This document shows positions 39,101-52,600 of a stretch of DNA of 64,000 bases, piece after piece. The DNA lies in contig NC_087437.1 in assembly GCF_036321535.1 (NCBI RefSeq), positions 80,850,001 through 80,914,000 of the forward strand, written 5' to 3'. Source of the DNA: Camelus dromedarius. Lineage: Eukaryota. Position 1 is the first letter of the stretch. Each line of letters begins with the position of its first letter. The notes below the pieces were generated by a model that worked only from the letters and a program-made list of their open reading frames with translations, was not told where the DNA came from and searched no databases. The position numbers and the translations under genes are program-made.

Positions 39101-40125
39101 CTTCTTCCATCTCATGACTTTTTGGCACCTAGTATCTCTGTGTCATTTCCATGTTTTCAATAAAGGATACTTTGACGTCGATCAGCCTGTGAATTGAATT
39201 TTCACTTTCAAATGGGAAAACAAGTTAACATATCTAGTCCATAAAGAAACAACTGATTTAGGAATAACTTATCTTTATTAAATTGAGATATTTTAGCCAA
39301 GAAAAATATGGGTCATTTTTTTTTTCCCCGAAAACGTTTCTAACAATTCCCAGTAGAGATGGGTGGGGCCAGTCTTTCTTATTGACCATCCAGCTGCAGT
39401 GAGTCATGGATCCTAGCTCATTCTACTCCCGAGGGTGCAATGAATGCAGAAAAATGGTGTGAAGGTCATAGTCCTCAAATCAATTGCATTGTGTTCCACA
39501 GACAATCCTGGCTCAAGGTGGAATGTGGGAGGGTACTAGAAAGTAATTGGTGATGTAAAGAATCTGCCTAGAAATTTGCTTGAGTCATGCATTTTATAGA
39601 ACCTTACACTATGCCTATGGGTTAACAAGACACACTTGTTAAAATCACTCCCCTCAGTAATAAGACACAGGTTAAAACACTCCCCTCAGCCACACAATTT
39701 ATAGCTACAGCCTATTTTAAATGATTCCTTATCCTGTCTTTTTCTTCACTTATATTTAATTGCTTGTTTAGTGATTAAGGGCATAAGTAGGAAAAATGTA
39801 ACCATGATATCAGAGAATAAAGATATAATTATGTATTCAGACTATGTAATGATTCTGAAGTGATCATATACATACTATATGTTCAGTATGGAGTATGGGT
39901 ATTGAAGGATTTTTCTTTTTCATCTTGTTTATAATGACATTGTACATAAAGCATGGGTCAGATAAATTCAGGTTACTGCACTGTTTTCTTGAAATTTTCT
40001 TAAGACTAGCTAATTAGAAATAAAAAGTTTTGTCTTTATGTATATAAAAGGGTCTTTTCCTCATGCATATAATTGTGCCATCCATTTTCATCATGAATAA
40101 ACTTCTCTTTCAAGAACCTCCCTAC
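36145..40125 (+). other. IMPG2: IMPG2 long 3' UTR (3' end approximate)
   Basis: AT-rich, repeat-poor stretch after the stop codon. AATAAA at 38256, 38826, 39159, 39816, 40019 and 40096. The site actually used cannot be determined from sequence. Confidence 0.55.
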
Positions 40126-40827
40126 ATTTTTTTTTATCAATTAGAAAAAAACACTGTAGATCATAGGAGTAGTTCTGTGTAATTACCACTAAAAGATACA
40201 CACAGTGTGAGCCTGGTGTGGGAATGATAATCATTCTTTGATTAATCTCTGTAGTGAGGATCTCAGAGAATTGAAGACAAATCCAGAGCCCATTTGTTGC
40301 CGCAAATTTTGTGGACAGTTAATGATGCTGAGTTATTACTTTGCCTCTCATGAACTTTATTCTTTCAAAGTCTTAGAAACTTTCATTCCCCCCTGCCATC
40401 TGCTTAAGGCAGGGATGGAAGGAAAACTGATAGAGCTGATTAAAGGAAGATTAGGAGTGGGTAGCTGGTATCAGCTGTCAAGAGAAGGGATTGGTGACCT
40501 GTCTAAAAGAGAACAAGAAGGCACATCCATGGTGTAACAGTAGTCTAAAGAAATTTTGCATAGGAAGGCGAGCAACCACTCACCTAAACATCGGCACAGA
40601 AACCTCAATTTTCAGTTTTTTCCTTCCTATATTTGCATGATGTCTTGCTAGCAGGAGGGCTTGAGAAAGTCCTAAATCAGTCTTAGGAAAGAGGAGGGTG
40701 GTCCTGATTTGATTCCAAAGACTGTATTATAAAAACATGAAGTGGGAGAAATGTGTCTAATAAATACCTGTTGATTGCTTAGTGACCTAGATTTAGAAGA
40801 AACAGTGAATAATAATCCTGTTTTTAA

Positions 40828-42070
40828 AAAATTGTATTAATTTTTTTGTTGATGTATAGTCAGTTACAATTTCTAGTGTATACTTTCTTTTTCATTAAAG
40901 GTTATTATAAGATATTGAATATAGTTCCCTGCTATACAGAGAAATTTGTTTTTTAATCTGTTGTTATATATAGTGGTTAAAATTTACAAATCTCGAACTC
41001 CCAAATTTATCCCTTCCCACCCCCTTTCCCCTGGTAACCATAAGATTGTTTACTATGTCTGTGAGACTGTTTCTGTTTTGTAGATGAGTTCATTAGTGTC
41101 CTCTTTTTTCTTTTTTTTTTTCTTTTGTTTTTTTTTTTTAGATTCCACATATGCATGATATCATATGGTATTTTTTTTCTCTTTCTGGCTTACTTCATTT
41201 AGAATGACAATCTCCAGGTCCACCCATGTTGCTGCAAATGGCATTATTTTATTGTTTTTTTATGGCTGAATAGCATTCCATTGTATAAATATACCATAGC
41301 TTCTTTATCTAGTCATCTGTCAATGGTTGTTTAGGTTTTTTCCATGTCTTGGCTATTGTAAATAGTGCTGCCATGAACACTGGGGTGCATGTATCTTTTA
41401 TAATTAGATTTCCCTCTGGATATATGCCCAGGAGTGGGATTGCTGGGTCATATGGTGAGTCTATTTTGAGTTTTTTGAAGAATCTCCATGCTGTTTTGCA
41501 TAATGGCTGTGCCAAACTACATTCTCACCAGCAATGTAGGAGGGTTCCCTTTTCTCCACAGCCTCTCCAGCATTTATCATTTGTGGACTTTTGAATGATG
41601 GCCATTCTAACTGGTGTGAGGTGATACTTCATTGTAGTTTTGATTTGCATTTCTCTGATAAAATTAGCGATATTGAGCCTTTTTTCATGTGCCTATTGGC
41701 CATTTCTATGTCTTCGCTGGAGAATTGCTTCTTTAGGTCTTCTGCCCATTTTTGGATTGGGTTGTTTGTTTTCTCTTATTAAGTTGTATGAGCTGTTTTT
41801 ATATCTTGGAAATTAAACCTTTGTCAGTTGCATCATTTGCAAATATTTACTCCCATTCCATAGGTGGTTGTTTTGTTTTACTTATGGTTTCCTTTGCTAT
41901 GCAAAAGTTTATAAGTTGAATTAAGTCCCACTTGTTTATTTTTGCTTTATTTCTTTTGCCTGGGTAAACTGCCGTAGGAGAACATTGCTAAGATTTACGT
42001 CAGAGAATGTTTCACCTATGTTTTCTTCTAGGAGTTTATATAGGTTTAAAGGTTTATATAGGTTTTAAAG
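40828..42070 (-). mobile_element. 5'-truncated L1 (3' UTR plus ORF2 C-terminus)
   Basis: Peptide 41309..41515 ([12 protein letters not shown]) is ORF2-like. TSD taataa(t/c)cctgtttttaa at 40810-40827 and 42071-42088. Confidence 0.92.
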
Positions 42071-45000
42071 TAATAACCCTGTTTTTAATAAGTCTGGTCA
42101 GGACAAGCTGTAGTCACTCTGAGGTCACATGTTTACCATGTGGGTCCACTTTCTAGGTCCTTCTGAATGTATGTCCCTTTTGAGATAATCCCTGATGGGC
42201 TGTGTCCCATGAACTAACATTTAAGGTGTCTTCTTACCAAAACACACACATATCTTTTGTTCTACTTTTTTTTCAGTACAAGTGAATCTATGCTAATGTA
42301 ATAATAAATGTTAAGGAATCATGTTTTTCCAAGTAATGCCAACATTGTATGTGGGATTTCTGGAAATAATTTATTATTCCAAATGAATAACTAATTTGTC
42401 AGTATTGTCAATATTGTACACATGGCAGGTTTGGGGAAGAGTATGCATATTTTTAGCAGGTGGGCCTTTGAAGGAGCTTTCCAACCTCCCCCTAGCTGCC
42501 CTGTCTTATATGCCTTTCTTTGTACCATGTGTCTTCTTCTATTCCATTATTCATCAAAGCTGTGTGGTAATTTTTTATTTATTCCATTAACTTCCCACTA
42601 AACTGAATTCTTTGATGTTGGGGCCACATCTTGCTCATTTATTATTCACGAAACCAAAGAGTGCTTGATGCAGAGTTGGTCTACAGTAGCTGTTAATTCA
42701 GTTAGCTTGAGATAATGGGTCACACGTAGGTATCTGTTTTACGACCAGCAAGCAGCTGATTATTTTGAAATCAGTGAGGGGTTTACAGACCATTTAAAAA
42801 ATGATTTATAGAGACTTAAAAATAATCCTAAATGTTTTAAGGGATCAGATTCATACATTTATATCAATCTTATCATTGAGTAATTAACAGATTATAAAGT
42901 AGTAAGCATTTTACAAAATCCTAGCAGAATGTATAAGCTACTTTGAGATGTCTGTCTGCCTTTCTTAACCACGGGCTCAGGGAGGAAGGGAAGACAAGGC
43001 AAAGAAGTACACTAGTGTGGGAGTGGTGCTGGATAGAAGGAAAAGGTTCAAAGATTTGGGAGCTGGTGGGTTTGTAGGAACAAATCTGACTGTCCTTTCT
43101 GTTGATGGATTTGGGAGAATGATGCCTATAGAAGGCACTGCTTAATCTTAAAAAAAAGTTTTTAAAAGTAATTTTATTCCTTGTTTCTATTTCTTTATTG
43201 TGTAGGGCAGAATAAAATAAAGGCACGAGGGAGCGGGGCGTGGGTGAAGGTGTGACTTAGTTCTCCCCTCACTGCCGTGAGGGGGGATGAGCAGTTGGTT
43301 CAGCCTGTCCATTTTAAGTTCTCGTGATTATCTTTCATGAGAGTTGGTGATGATACGCTTTCAAAATTGATCTTGCTCGTCCTGCACATAGCGGCAACCA
43401 ATTTTGGTATTTCCTCTCAGTTTCCCAAGGTTTACCATGAGGGGAAGGTTGCTTGTCTTCCCATTTAAATAACTTAATTCTAGCAGAGTGGCTGGTGTCC
43501 CTGTGCACCAAAGGAAAGTCCCTGAGAAGAGACCGCGTCATGCCAGCTTCCTCCAGGACATCCTTCCTCTTGTGTGATGCGGGTGTTTGGAAGCATCTGT
43601 TTGGCTCCGTGCCCCCAGGGGATGGGTATTAGTCTTGCTCAGTGTTATGTAATTGTCAAATATTCAATGAGGGTGATACTGTGGCTCCTATGAAACCATC
43701 AGAGGTTTGTGTGATAACAAAAAAAAAATGTTAAATATTTTCTTTCCTGTAATGAATGAAGGAAACACATTTTTGATTCAGATTTTAAATTACTCTTTCT
43801 TGTAAGGGACAGAAAAATAAACCATTTAGAAACTTTTCAGAGTTTGAGAAAAGACAAAGTTATAATGGTCTAAAAACAGATACTGGTTTAATTTCTAACT
43901 GCTTTTTAGCAGTAATTTGCTAAAATGACCCTCTCCCTGCCTTTTTTTTTATTTCATCATGGATACCACTTTTCTGTTTTTGAAGTTTTTATATGAAAGC
44001 TTTTGCAAAATATTTTTTTTCACAAAGAATCTGTGCTTTCTGATATCTTAGTGCCATATTTCTATAAATGAGAGAAGGTTGATGACCTCAATTAAAAGTT
44101 TATTTACCTTTTATTTTTTAATGTTCTCTGGATTTGGAATGTGACAGATAAAATAAGCATCTAGCTCTTACTCTACCATTTAGGGACAGTTTCATTTTAG
44201 ATGAATAAATCAATAATTCATCAATAATTCATGTTGCAGTTTCTCCTGGGAAAATGGATTTAATGGCCTGTTTCCAGGGCAGGTGATACTCCTCAAAGTG
44301 TCTAGATGAGGAGGCTGTCAGGTTGGAATTGCACCTTTAAAATGTTGCCTGTTTCTTTTAAAAATGTAAGTGTAAATATAACATTTCTAGAGAAATTTAT
44401 TTTCCTTATGAAGTGCTCTCCATGGCAGTAGTGGAATGATCTCTCTTCCTCGTAAAAGAAAGCTCAAAAACACATGCTGAGGGTTGGAAATACCTTCTGT
44501 TCAACACTGTGAGCCAGGGGAGGTTTTTCCATTGCTTCACTTTTTCTTATTTTACTGTCACATTTGCCAATGATGTTTCAAAATCAGAACTCAACTTGGA
44601 ATGACAAAGCTGCAAGCTTAAACGGACTTTCCATTAATGAACAGGTTTAGACATTATTCTATTTTGAGGACAGTCTTAAATTAATTTTGACTTAGAAATA
44701 TAAAATTGATGGTTTGGAAAGATCTATAATGTCAGGTGATTCTTTTCAGTTTTATTAAACTGAGATGGAGAGAGCAGGTATATGGTACTGTTAGTGAGCA
44801 TGTTATAAAACCACTGGCTTTGCCAGTATTTCTTCAGTGCTCAGTGGGGCTCAGGCCCCACTGATTGATAGCATTTAATCATTTCTTCTTGTCCTTGGCC
44901 TGTGACACACTGCACTGTTCTCCATGTAGATGTTTACATCAGGACCTCACAGTGACCCCCGCGTGGGAGGGCTCAGCAGTGCACCAGGTGAAGGCCAGAT

Positions 45001-46889
45001 CCTTGCTGTCTGTTTCAGAACTCACTGGGGAAAGATGAGAGTTACGTGGCAACCAACAGAGAGAAACACATTAACTTGCAATGCAGTTGCTCCAGGGTTT
45101 CCATTTAATTGTCTTAGAAAGTTTTGTCCCCAGTACAGTTTGATTTAGAACAGAAGATTAGGTTAAACAGTTACCTAAATTGTTCACTGTTGAAGCCATC
45201 TTTTATTGACAAATTATGTAAATCGAAACAATGTTTTTAACCTCTCAACTTTTATACTGATTTAAGGGGCAGATAATATCACCATTCCCAAGTTATAAAA
45301 CTGTTCCTCAGAAGCAGAAACAGGAAGTAGAATGTCTTGAGAATGTTCCTACTTGAAGTTTCCTTTTTATTTTCTAGGAGACTGGAAAATACAGTAATTC
45401 TAGCCAACAGAGGTGGTCATGAGACTTGATTTTCTAGTATTAGTCTGCTTGCCAGAACCTAGACTATGTCGTGCAGCATTCACAAGCCACCCAGCCCTGG
45501 AAACCTAACTCCTGTTTCAGCCACTGAGGGGGAGGGAGGTGCTTTTGTGTTGATGGGAACATGGAATGTCTCTACCTGGCCCTTCCTCTTAATGTGATTT
45601 CTGGTCCCTCCACATGTTTTGAGTTGCTCATGGCTTCTAGCTCTGGCATCCTCTTCTCTCCTGGCTTTAGTGACCTGTGTGTACTCGTGGTTACTATGTG
45701 AGCTCAGTGTCTGCGCTTCAAAGCCATCACCTTCACACAAATCTTGTGTCTGAGGCTCTGCTGTGCAGTGTTGAGTAGACAGGAGGGCATATCGGGCTGA
45801 GCGGTTGCAAACAGAGGCTGAGAGTACTATCTGTTATTAAAGTGGTGAGTAGAGACATGGCAGATAAATAATATGACATCTTTCCTCCTCACCCCTAAAC
45901 TAGACATTCTACTTAAGATGAACACTAAAAAAAAGAAACTCATCTGATCTATATGTGAATATTATTATCAAATTTACATTCCCAAAGGAATCCAGTTTTT
46001 ATAAAGATATTGTGGTTCTTTTTCGTATGCCTGTTTTTGAAAGCCTGCTACTTGTTTGAGTGTCTTCTGTGATTCTGGAGTTACTGAAAAATATGAGAAT
46101 TGGCAACCTTCATTGACCCATGGTAAAAGTTTATGTCTTCCTGACAGGTAGGCAGGTTTCCTTGCACTCTTATTTAATCTGGGTTTGGAGAATGCAAAAT
46201 AACTTCTGTGTTTGTCTAATCAAAGCAAAAAGTAAATGAAGGTGAATTTGCTACATGAAAAGTCACCTAGTTATCTCAGGATTAATCCAGTCCCACAGGA
46301 ATTCAAAATTGTGGGGCCTCACAAACAGCCATTTACATAACAAAATTTAATGTGATGGACTAGAAAAAAGAAGAAATGTCAGCCTTTCTGAGTTTCCCCC
46401 TTTTTAGGGACATCGCCCAATTAATGATGCAACAGTAATTTTGAACCAAAAGACAGCTGAGAAATGCGTCTTTTCTTTTTTAAGATAGTTTAAACGTATT
46501 TTATAGAATAATAAGTAGTCCTTTGAAGAGAACTTTGAAAATACAGAAAAATGTAAAGAAAACAACTTATCCACAGTCTCCCTCCAGATATAGCCATCAT
46601 GATTTTGATGTCTTTCTTGCTAATCTTTTTTCCCACATAATGTCTTTTAAGTTATTAGAGCTATACTCCCCTCCCCCTTTTAACCTTAAATTACACAAAG
46701 AGCATTTTCATTAAAAAGTTTTTAATCACATAATTTCCAAAACTGTTTCACCAAAGAGATTAGAGAAACCGTGTGTTTCTCTCTTCTCCTCAGTTCAGCT
46801 TCATGACTTTAGATTACATCTTAAGACTCACCTTTCTTTAGAAATTTTCCCAACTTACTGCTTCAAGAATATTTTTAAAAACAGTTATT

Positions 46890-47640
46890 TATTAAATACC
46901 TGCTACACACTCAGCACCTTGTGGTGGGAAAGGCAAAGATGTATGAAGCACAGTCCTTGCTCTCGAAGAGTTGCCATCTAGTTGGAAAGATGGGACACAA
47001 ACACAGAGAATAAAATTAAGTATTAGGTTGGGTGGAGCAGGCTACCTCTAGTGGTCAGCAGAGTCAGAGGAAGATTTCCCTATGGGGTCAATAGGCTGAA
47101 CTAGGAAGGTTAGTCCTGAACAAGGCCCTAGACTGAATTTAGGTTGGAGTAGACATTATAGGTGAGTAGTATAGGAGGAGCTGTGTAGGGCAGGTAAGGA
47201 GACTGGCCTGCCTGGGCAGAGCACTCGGGCTGCGGAGCTGTGGAGGATACATTACATGGGCAGTAGGAGCAGTGGCTATAAGGTTTGGAGCACCAGACAG
47301 AGCACTGTAAACTTATTCTGATAGACAGTGGGAAGCCTCCAGAAGTAAGAAACATGCTGATGGCAGTGCTTGGGGCAATTTCTTTTTCCTTTCCTGGCAC
47401 TGGTGTATAGTATTAGAATAGACAAGGAATACAGGTCAGGAGGACAGTTAAATGGCTGTTGCCATAGTCTAGGCATGATGTGATGAGGGTAGGGATGTGG
47501 AAGAGTTTAGAAAAGTGAATGAATTGAAGACATTTTATATGGGAAGAGTTGACACTATTTAAAGAATGGTTGGGTATGAAGTAGAGGAAAAGGAAAAAAA
47601 TCAACTGACTCTTAAATTTCAAGTTCTAGGCACCAGTAGC
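46890..47640 (-). mobile_element. L2 LINE relic
   Basis: tatttattaaatacctgc...cagtccttgctctcgaagag...gggaagcctccagaag pattern of an antisense L2. Confidence 0.6.
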
Positions 47641-47939
47641 ACCATGGAGTCTTTAAACAGAAATAGGTTGGCTTAGACTGGGCATTAATTTATGGCACGA
47701 AGGATTGTATGTCCAGCTTTAGAAAAGGCTTCTGCTTGTCCGTTGGTAACCTCTTCTCTTGAGATTTTGTTTTGTTGATATTAGAATGCTAAGTGGTAAA
47801 TTTAAAGGTGAGAAGAGAATAAATGATAGGTTAACAATTTAGTCTTGAAGGATATACGGATTTTCTTCTAAGATTAATGAACTATTTATGTTCCAGCCTA
47901 ATTAACTGGTTAGCATAATGTTACCAAGACAAAGATCAT

Positions 47940-47983
47940 GTGTTTTGTTGTTGTTTTTTGTTGTTGTTGTTGTTGTTGTTGTT
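47940..47983. repeat. (GTT)n microsatellite
   Basis: Directly visible. Confidence 0.9.
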
Positions 47984-49256
47984 CCTATGTCGACTAGTTA
48001 GCTTTGCTCTGCTCTTTGGCAATAGATTTTTGCTCCTAATTATGAACTCACCAACATACAAAGTCATGCTGTTGACACCAGGGAGATTGGGAGTTTCAGA
48101 GAATGAATAAATGCAAATGAATTTCTGCTTCCAAAGAATGTATGTGATTATCCCTGTACCCACATGTACCCGCACACATCCAGACACAAACATACAAACA
48201 CAAATCCAGATCTATGCCTTACCTACAGTGTTAGTGTATTTTTTTAGAGCCTTGACTATGTATTTCTTTATTGACTTCTTTACTCTTTAATGGTACATGT
48301 CAGAGAAGAAAGAAGAAACAACCGAAAATGAATGAAATAGTGTGTCTTAACACTTAAAAGGTTGGGTTAGGTTGGGTTGTAGAGCATGGGGTAGAGATAA
48401 ACAAGTCTTCTTTGGCTGCAAACATTACTCTGGAGAATTTTATCTTAAGCATATGACATATGATTGCATACACTTAAATTTTAAACTCCTTGGCAAGGAA
48501 ATTAATAAGATTAATTCTTTTAATAAGCATGTTGGAATCTATTTTTGAGGCTGTTTCTAGGTTCCCAGATAAGTATAAAAGGAGCATCAAGTGTCTCTAA
48601 TACCTTCATCAGTTGTAAAAGACAGAAAACAATGATTTTTTTCTTCACATTTGTGGAGAAGATGACCTCTTGGTTGGTCTGTGTGAAAAAGCATCATCAA
48701 ATAGTAATGATAGCCATGTTTCCCTGAGAGGAAATAAGGACTTTCCAGCCCACAAACATGGCATTGCCACACACAGACCTGTCAGCAGCCTTGGCTTCAT
48801 ATGACATATTCCTACATCTCTCTCTCTAGGGTTTGGATCCCAAAGGAATGGCAAGAGAAAGGGTGAGTTGAGGCACTTGGGGCCAAGAGAAGCCAAACAG
48901 TGAGTTGATACCTTAAAGAACAACAAAGAGACCAAGTTGGTTAAGACAAAGTTAATCATTGGGTACAAATGGTAAGAGAGGATTGGAAACTGGCCAAACC
49001 GGGGTAGAGTGGAGCCAGAACAAGATTAAGGAACAAAACGAGGGGATTCCAGGTTTACAGAGTAGGATTGCCTGTGACTTGTTTTTATTGACCGCTGGCT
49101 GAACGCTGCATGGGTAGTTTGGTTTGAGTTAAAGAATGGAATAGACAACACTAGATCCATAAACTTAATTGTAATGATATAGCTTTACATTGATTTGATT
49201 CCATAGTTTCTGGTCTCATGTTAAAAATAAGCAAATAGTAGATGTAGCAAAAAACT

Positions 49257-49630
49257 AAGTCAGACAGAGAAAGACAAATACCATATGATATCACTTATAT
49301 GTGGAATCTAAAAAAAATGATACAAATGAACTTACTTACAAACCAGAAATAGACTTGCAGACAGAAAACAAACTATGGTTACCAAGGGAGAAAGAGGAGA
49401 GGGAGGGATAAATTGGGAGTTTGGGATTAACATATGCACGCTACTATATATAAAATAAACAACAAAGACCTACTGTATAGCACAGGGAACTATATTCAAT
49501 ATCTTATAGTAACCTATAATGGAAAAGAATCTAAAAAAGAGTATGTATATATGTATAACTGAATAACTTTGCTGTACACCAGGAAATAATATCACGTTGT
49601 AAATCAACTATTCTTCAATTAAAAAAAAGA
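49257..49630 (+). mobile_element. L1 3' end with poly(A), sense orientation
   Basis: aagtcagacagagaaagacaaataccatatgatatcacttatatgtggaatct...cttcaattaaaaaaaa. Confidence 0.88.
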
Positions 49631-52600
49631 ATAAGAAAAATACACACACATACATACACAAAGCTAAGACAATTTATTTTGGTTTGTGTGGAACATTCTC
49701 AGGCAGATCTGGGAGAAGGTATTTACCACAGCTGTTGAGAAAATGTTCCATTATAAGTCAATAGAATTTCCTATTGCTGAATGTGGAGAGGCATTTTGAA
49801 TAACTTAGTTGGCCAGGCTGTTCTCACTGTCCAGATTAGGATGTCCTTAGTCTTCTGCACCGTTCACTTATACTGGCACTTTCTTTGTGTGTGTGGTGAT
49901 AAACAGAGACCCCTATTAGAAATGAAAGTATCTGGCCAGTCCACATATTACAAACTGTGAGGAAAGAGTGGGGAAAGCACTAGCTGGGGAATGGGGCTGA
50001 TTAGGACTTAACTTCTAGTCATGGATCAGCCACAAAATAACTAAGTGACCTTAGTCAAGTTACTTCTCTGGGTTTGATTTCCTCATGGAAAACAGTAAGG
50101 AGGTTAAAAGATAGGTGGCAACTCCACTGGTTTGACTGGTACTCATACAAAGGGGTTGATTGTACTTGTCTACCCACCTTTAAGTGTGTTTAAAAATGTC
50201 CGTAATAAAAAGTGAAAAAAAGTTGGCATGCACATAAAAAACAAATACAAATGTCATCCTGCCTCCTTCCCCTCCACCTAAAATGAGGAGGTTGAACAAG
50301 ATGATAAAGTCCCTTTTATTCTAAAGTTCTGTGATTCATTTTGTAGTTGTACAAGATGGAGCCAGGATTGTTTCAAGCTGTTTTGAGTAGGAGCCTTATG
50401 CAGTCAAAAATTTCTTCCCTGGAATGGTTTTTCAAATCAATATTACATTCTTGATCACAGTTCTTTGGTCAATTTACATGGAAATGTATGTGTATTTCAT
50501 GGGCTATGCTGAGTGGCTTGGCATGTTTTACGGTGATTTATAGTCTTTTCATATCAAAATCAATGTCAGGTCTCCAGATGTAGTTTGAAGGTAATATATT
50601 CACGTGAACACTTTCAGAATGGGCTGGAAACAACAGCCTTTTGGATAACTACATGATTTCCCATAAAGACATCCTTTATGGACAGGTTATTCATGTTCAG
50701 TCTTTGTGAAAATTAAAATTTCTCCATCAGTTATTCTGTCCATAACCAGCGGACCATCCATCCATCCATTAGACCATCCATACCATTAGACCATCAACTA
50801 ATGATTTAATCACATTGCAAAGGGGAGTTGGATAGTTTTTCTTACATTGAAAAGTTCTAACAAAGTGCTGCACTTACTACGGCAGTGTTACCGGCATCAG
50901 CAATTCTACCCTTTCAGATTTATACGTAAGTAGGGAGTCATGGGCACTGAGTAAAAGACTCACAGTAGCCTACATGGCAATGGAAGTGACAGAAAAGGCT
51001 TATTTTTAGCAGAAAGACCTACCAACAGCCTGATGATAGAACAAACTGTCAAGGCTTGGTTTTAGGATTATTTTGGAAATTCTTGCCATCTATGAAAACT
51101 ACAAAAGCTTTTTTGTCAATTTGAGTGCAGTTTTTTTTTTTTTTTCACTATGGGACATAATTTATGAGCAGGGCTCTGTGACAGCTGGCATTTTGTGGCA
51201 AAGCTCAGTTCCAACATTATTAGATGAAATGTTAGTAGTAAGAAACAGAAATTTATATTCATGCTAATCCGCTAGCCCAGAATTTGAAGTCAAAAGTCTC
51301 TTGACATTTTAGAAATTGTCCTCAGGCAAAGACTGCCAAGGAGAGCTTTTCCTTTTAGGTAATGAGATGACTTGGCAGTACCTGACTTCTGTGAAAGGAA
51401 AATATGGTGGAAATAAAGTAGCAGCAGGAAGCCTGAAAACTCGTTTTGTTTTGAGGGATGAGTACAAGTTGCATAGTTATGGTTTTCTGTATCTCTTGCT
51501 TTCTGCTATATTTGGAAATGTTGCATGGCTGCTTCTCAAACTTAAACTTTGATCTTCTCATCACTGGTCAGAGAACATGCTATAGAAAAAAAAATCAAAG
51601 AATTCCTACTCAGAAGATATGGATTTAAGTCTTGACTTCTTCATAGGCTATATGATATTGGGGAAGATCATTTACTTCTGTGAGCCTCCGTGTCCTCATC
51701 TGTTAATTGGGAATCATGACAAGATCAACCTCACAAGTGATAAATGAGATAATATTTATGAAAACTTGTATCACAAACTGTAAATACTGTATAATGATTG
51801 TAATTGATTATATCATTAGCAAATCTGAAATCTTAGCAAAGTCTCTCTAAAGCAATTGAATATGTAAGGGGCAAAAAGAATTTCTAGGTGAAACATTCCT
51901 TAACTGGGAATGCTCTTCACAGACTGAGAACTCTGTGTGTGTTCACTCTAGTGTCCTGTGTTTGTTGTTCTACTTGGGCATGGTCACACTTGCAAAGATC
52001 CCAAGAACAATATAGAGTTGATACATTAGGAATGTAACGACTTTAAGGCCACATTCCCACGCTCATTTCCCCTCAATCTTGCTTATCATCATTTGTTGAT
52101 GTATAACCAGTGTAATCCTCTAGGTATGTACAATTGATATCCAGGCTCTGCATCAACCAACCAACCTACCTACCTACTTTCTTTTTTCTTTTCTTTTCTT
52201 TTCCTTTCCTTTCTTTCTTTCCTTCTTTCCTTTCTCTCTCTATCTTCCTTTTTGTTGTTTTTAGAGGAGATTAAATGAATTGAAGAAAAGACTTGATCTA
52301 GATAGGCTGACCCATTTCTTTCTTGTGTGTGTTTCAAGTTCTTCTAGAATACCTTGGGGAATTTGTTCAGTTTCTATAGCTGGACTATCTCACTAAAGTG
52401 CACCCAGGGGCATTAGTTACTAGTCTTGTGAAGTTGTTCCTCTCAAGGAAATACCTCTTCTAATGGGTCTCTCCCATTGGGAGGAGCCACACTGTATAAC
52501 CTTACCTCTGGTTTTAACCACGTGAACAGTAAGAGCTTTGTAATCCCTCGCAAAGAGAATGGCTGATGATCTTAGCATCTTTGATATACAGTTTTATGAA

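Noticed and set aside
47040..47060. CTCF-like ccactagaggtag on the minus strand
   Set aside because: Mismatches in the core GGC, and it lies inside an L2 relic.
50751..50797. Short repeats accatccat / accattagaccatc resembling a spaced array
   Set aside because: A degenerate (ATCC)n microsatellite with no unique spacers, in a eukaryotic context, so not CRISPR.
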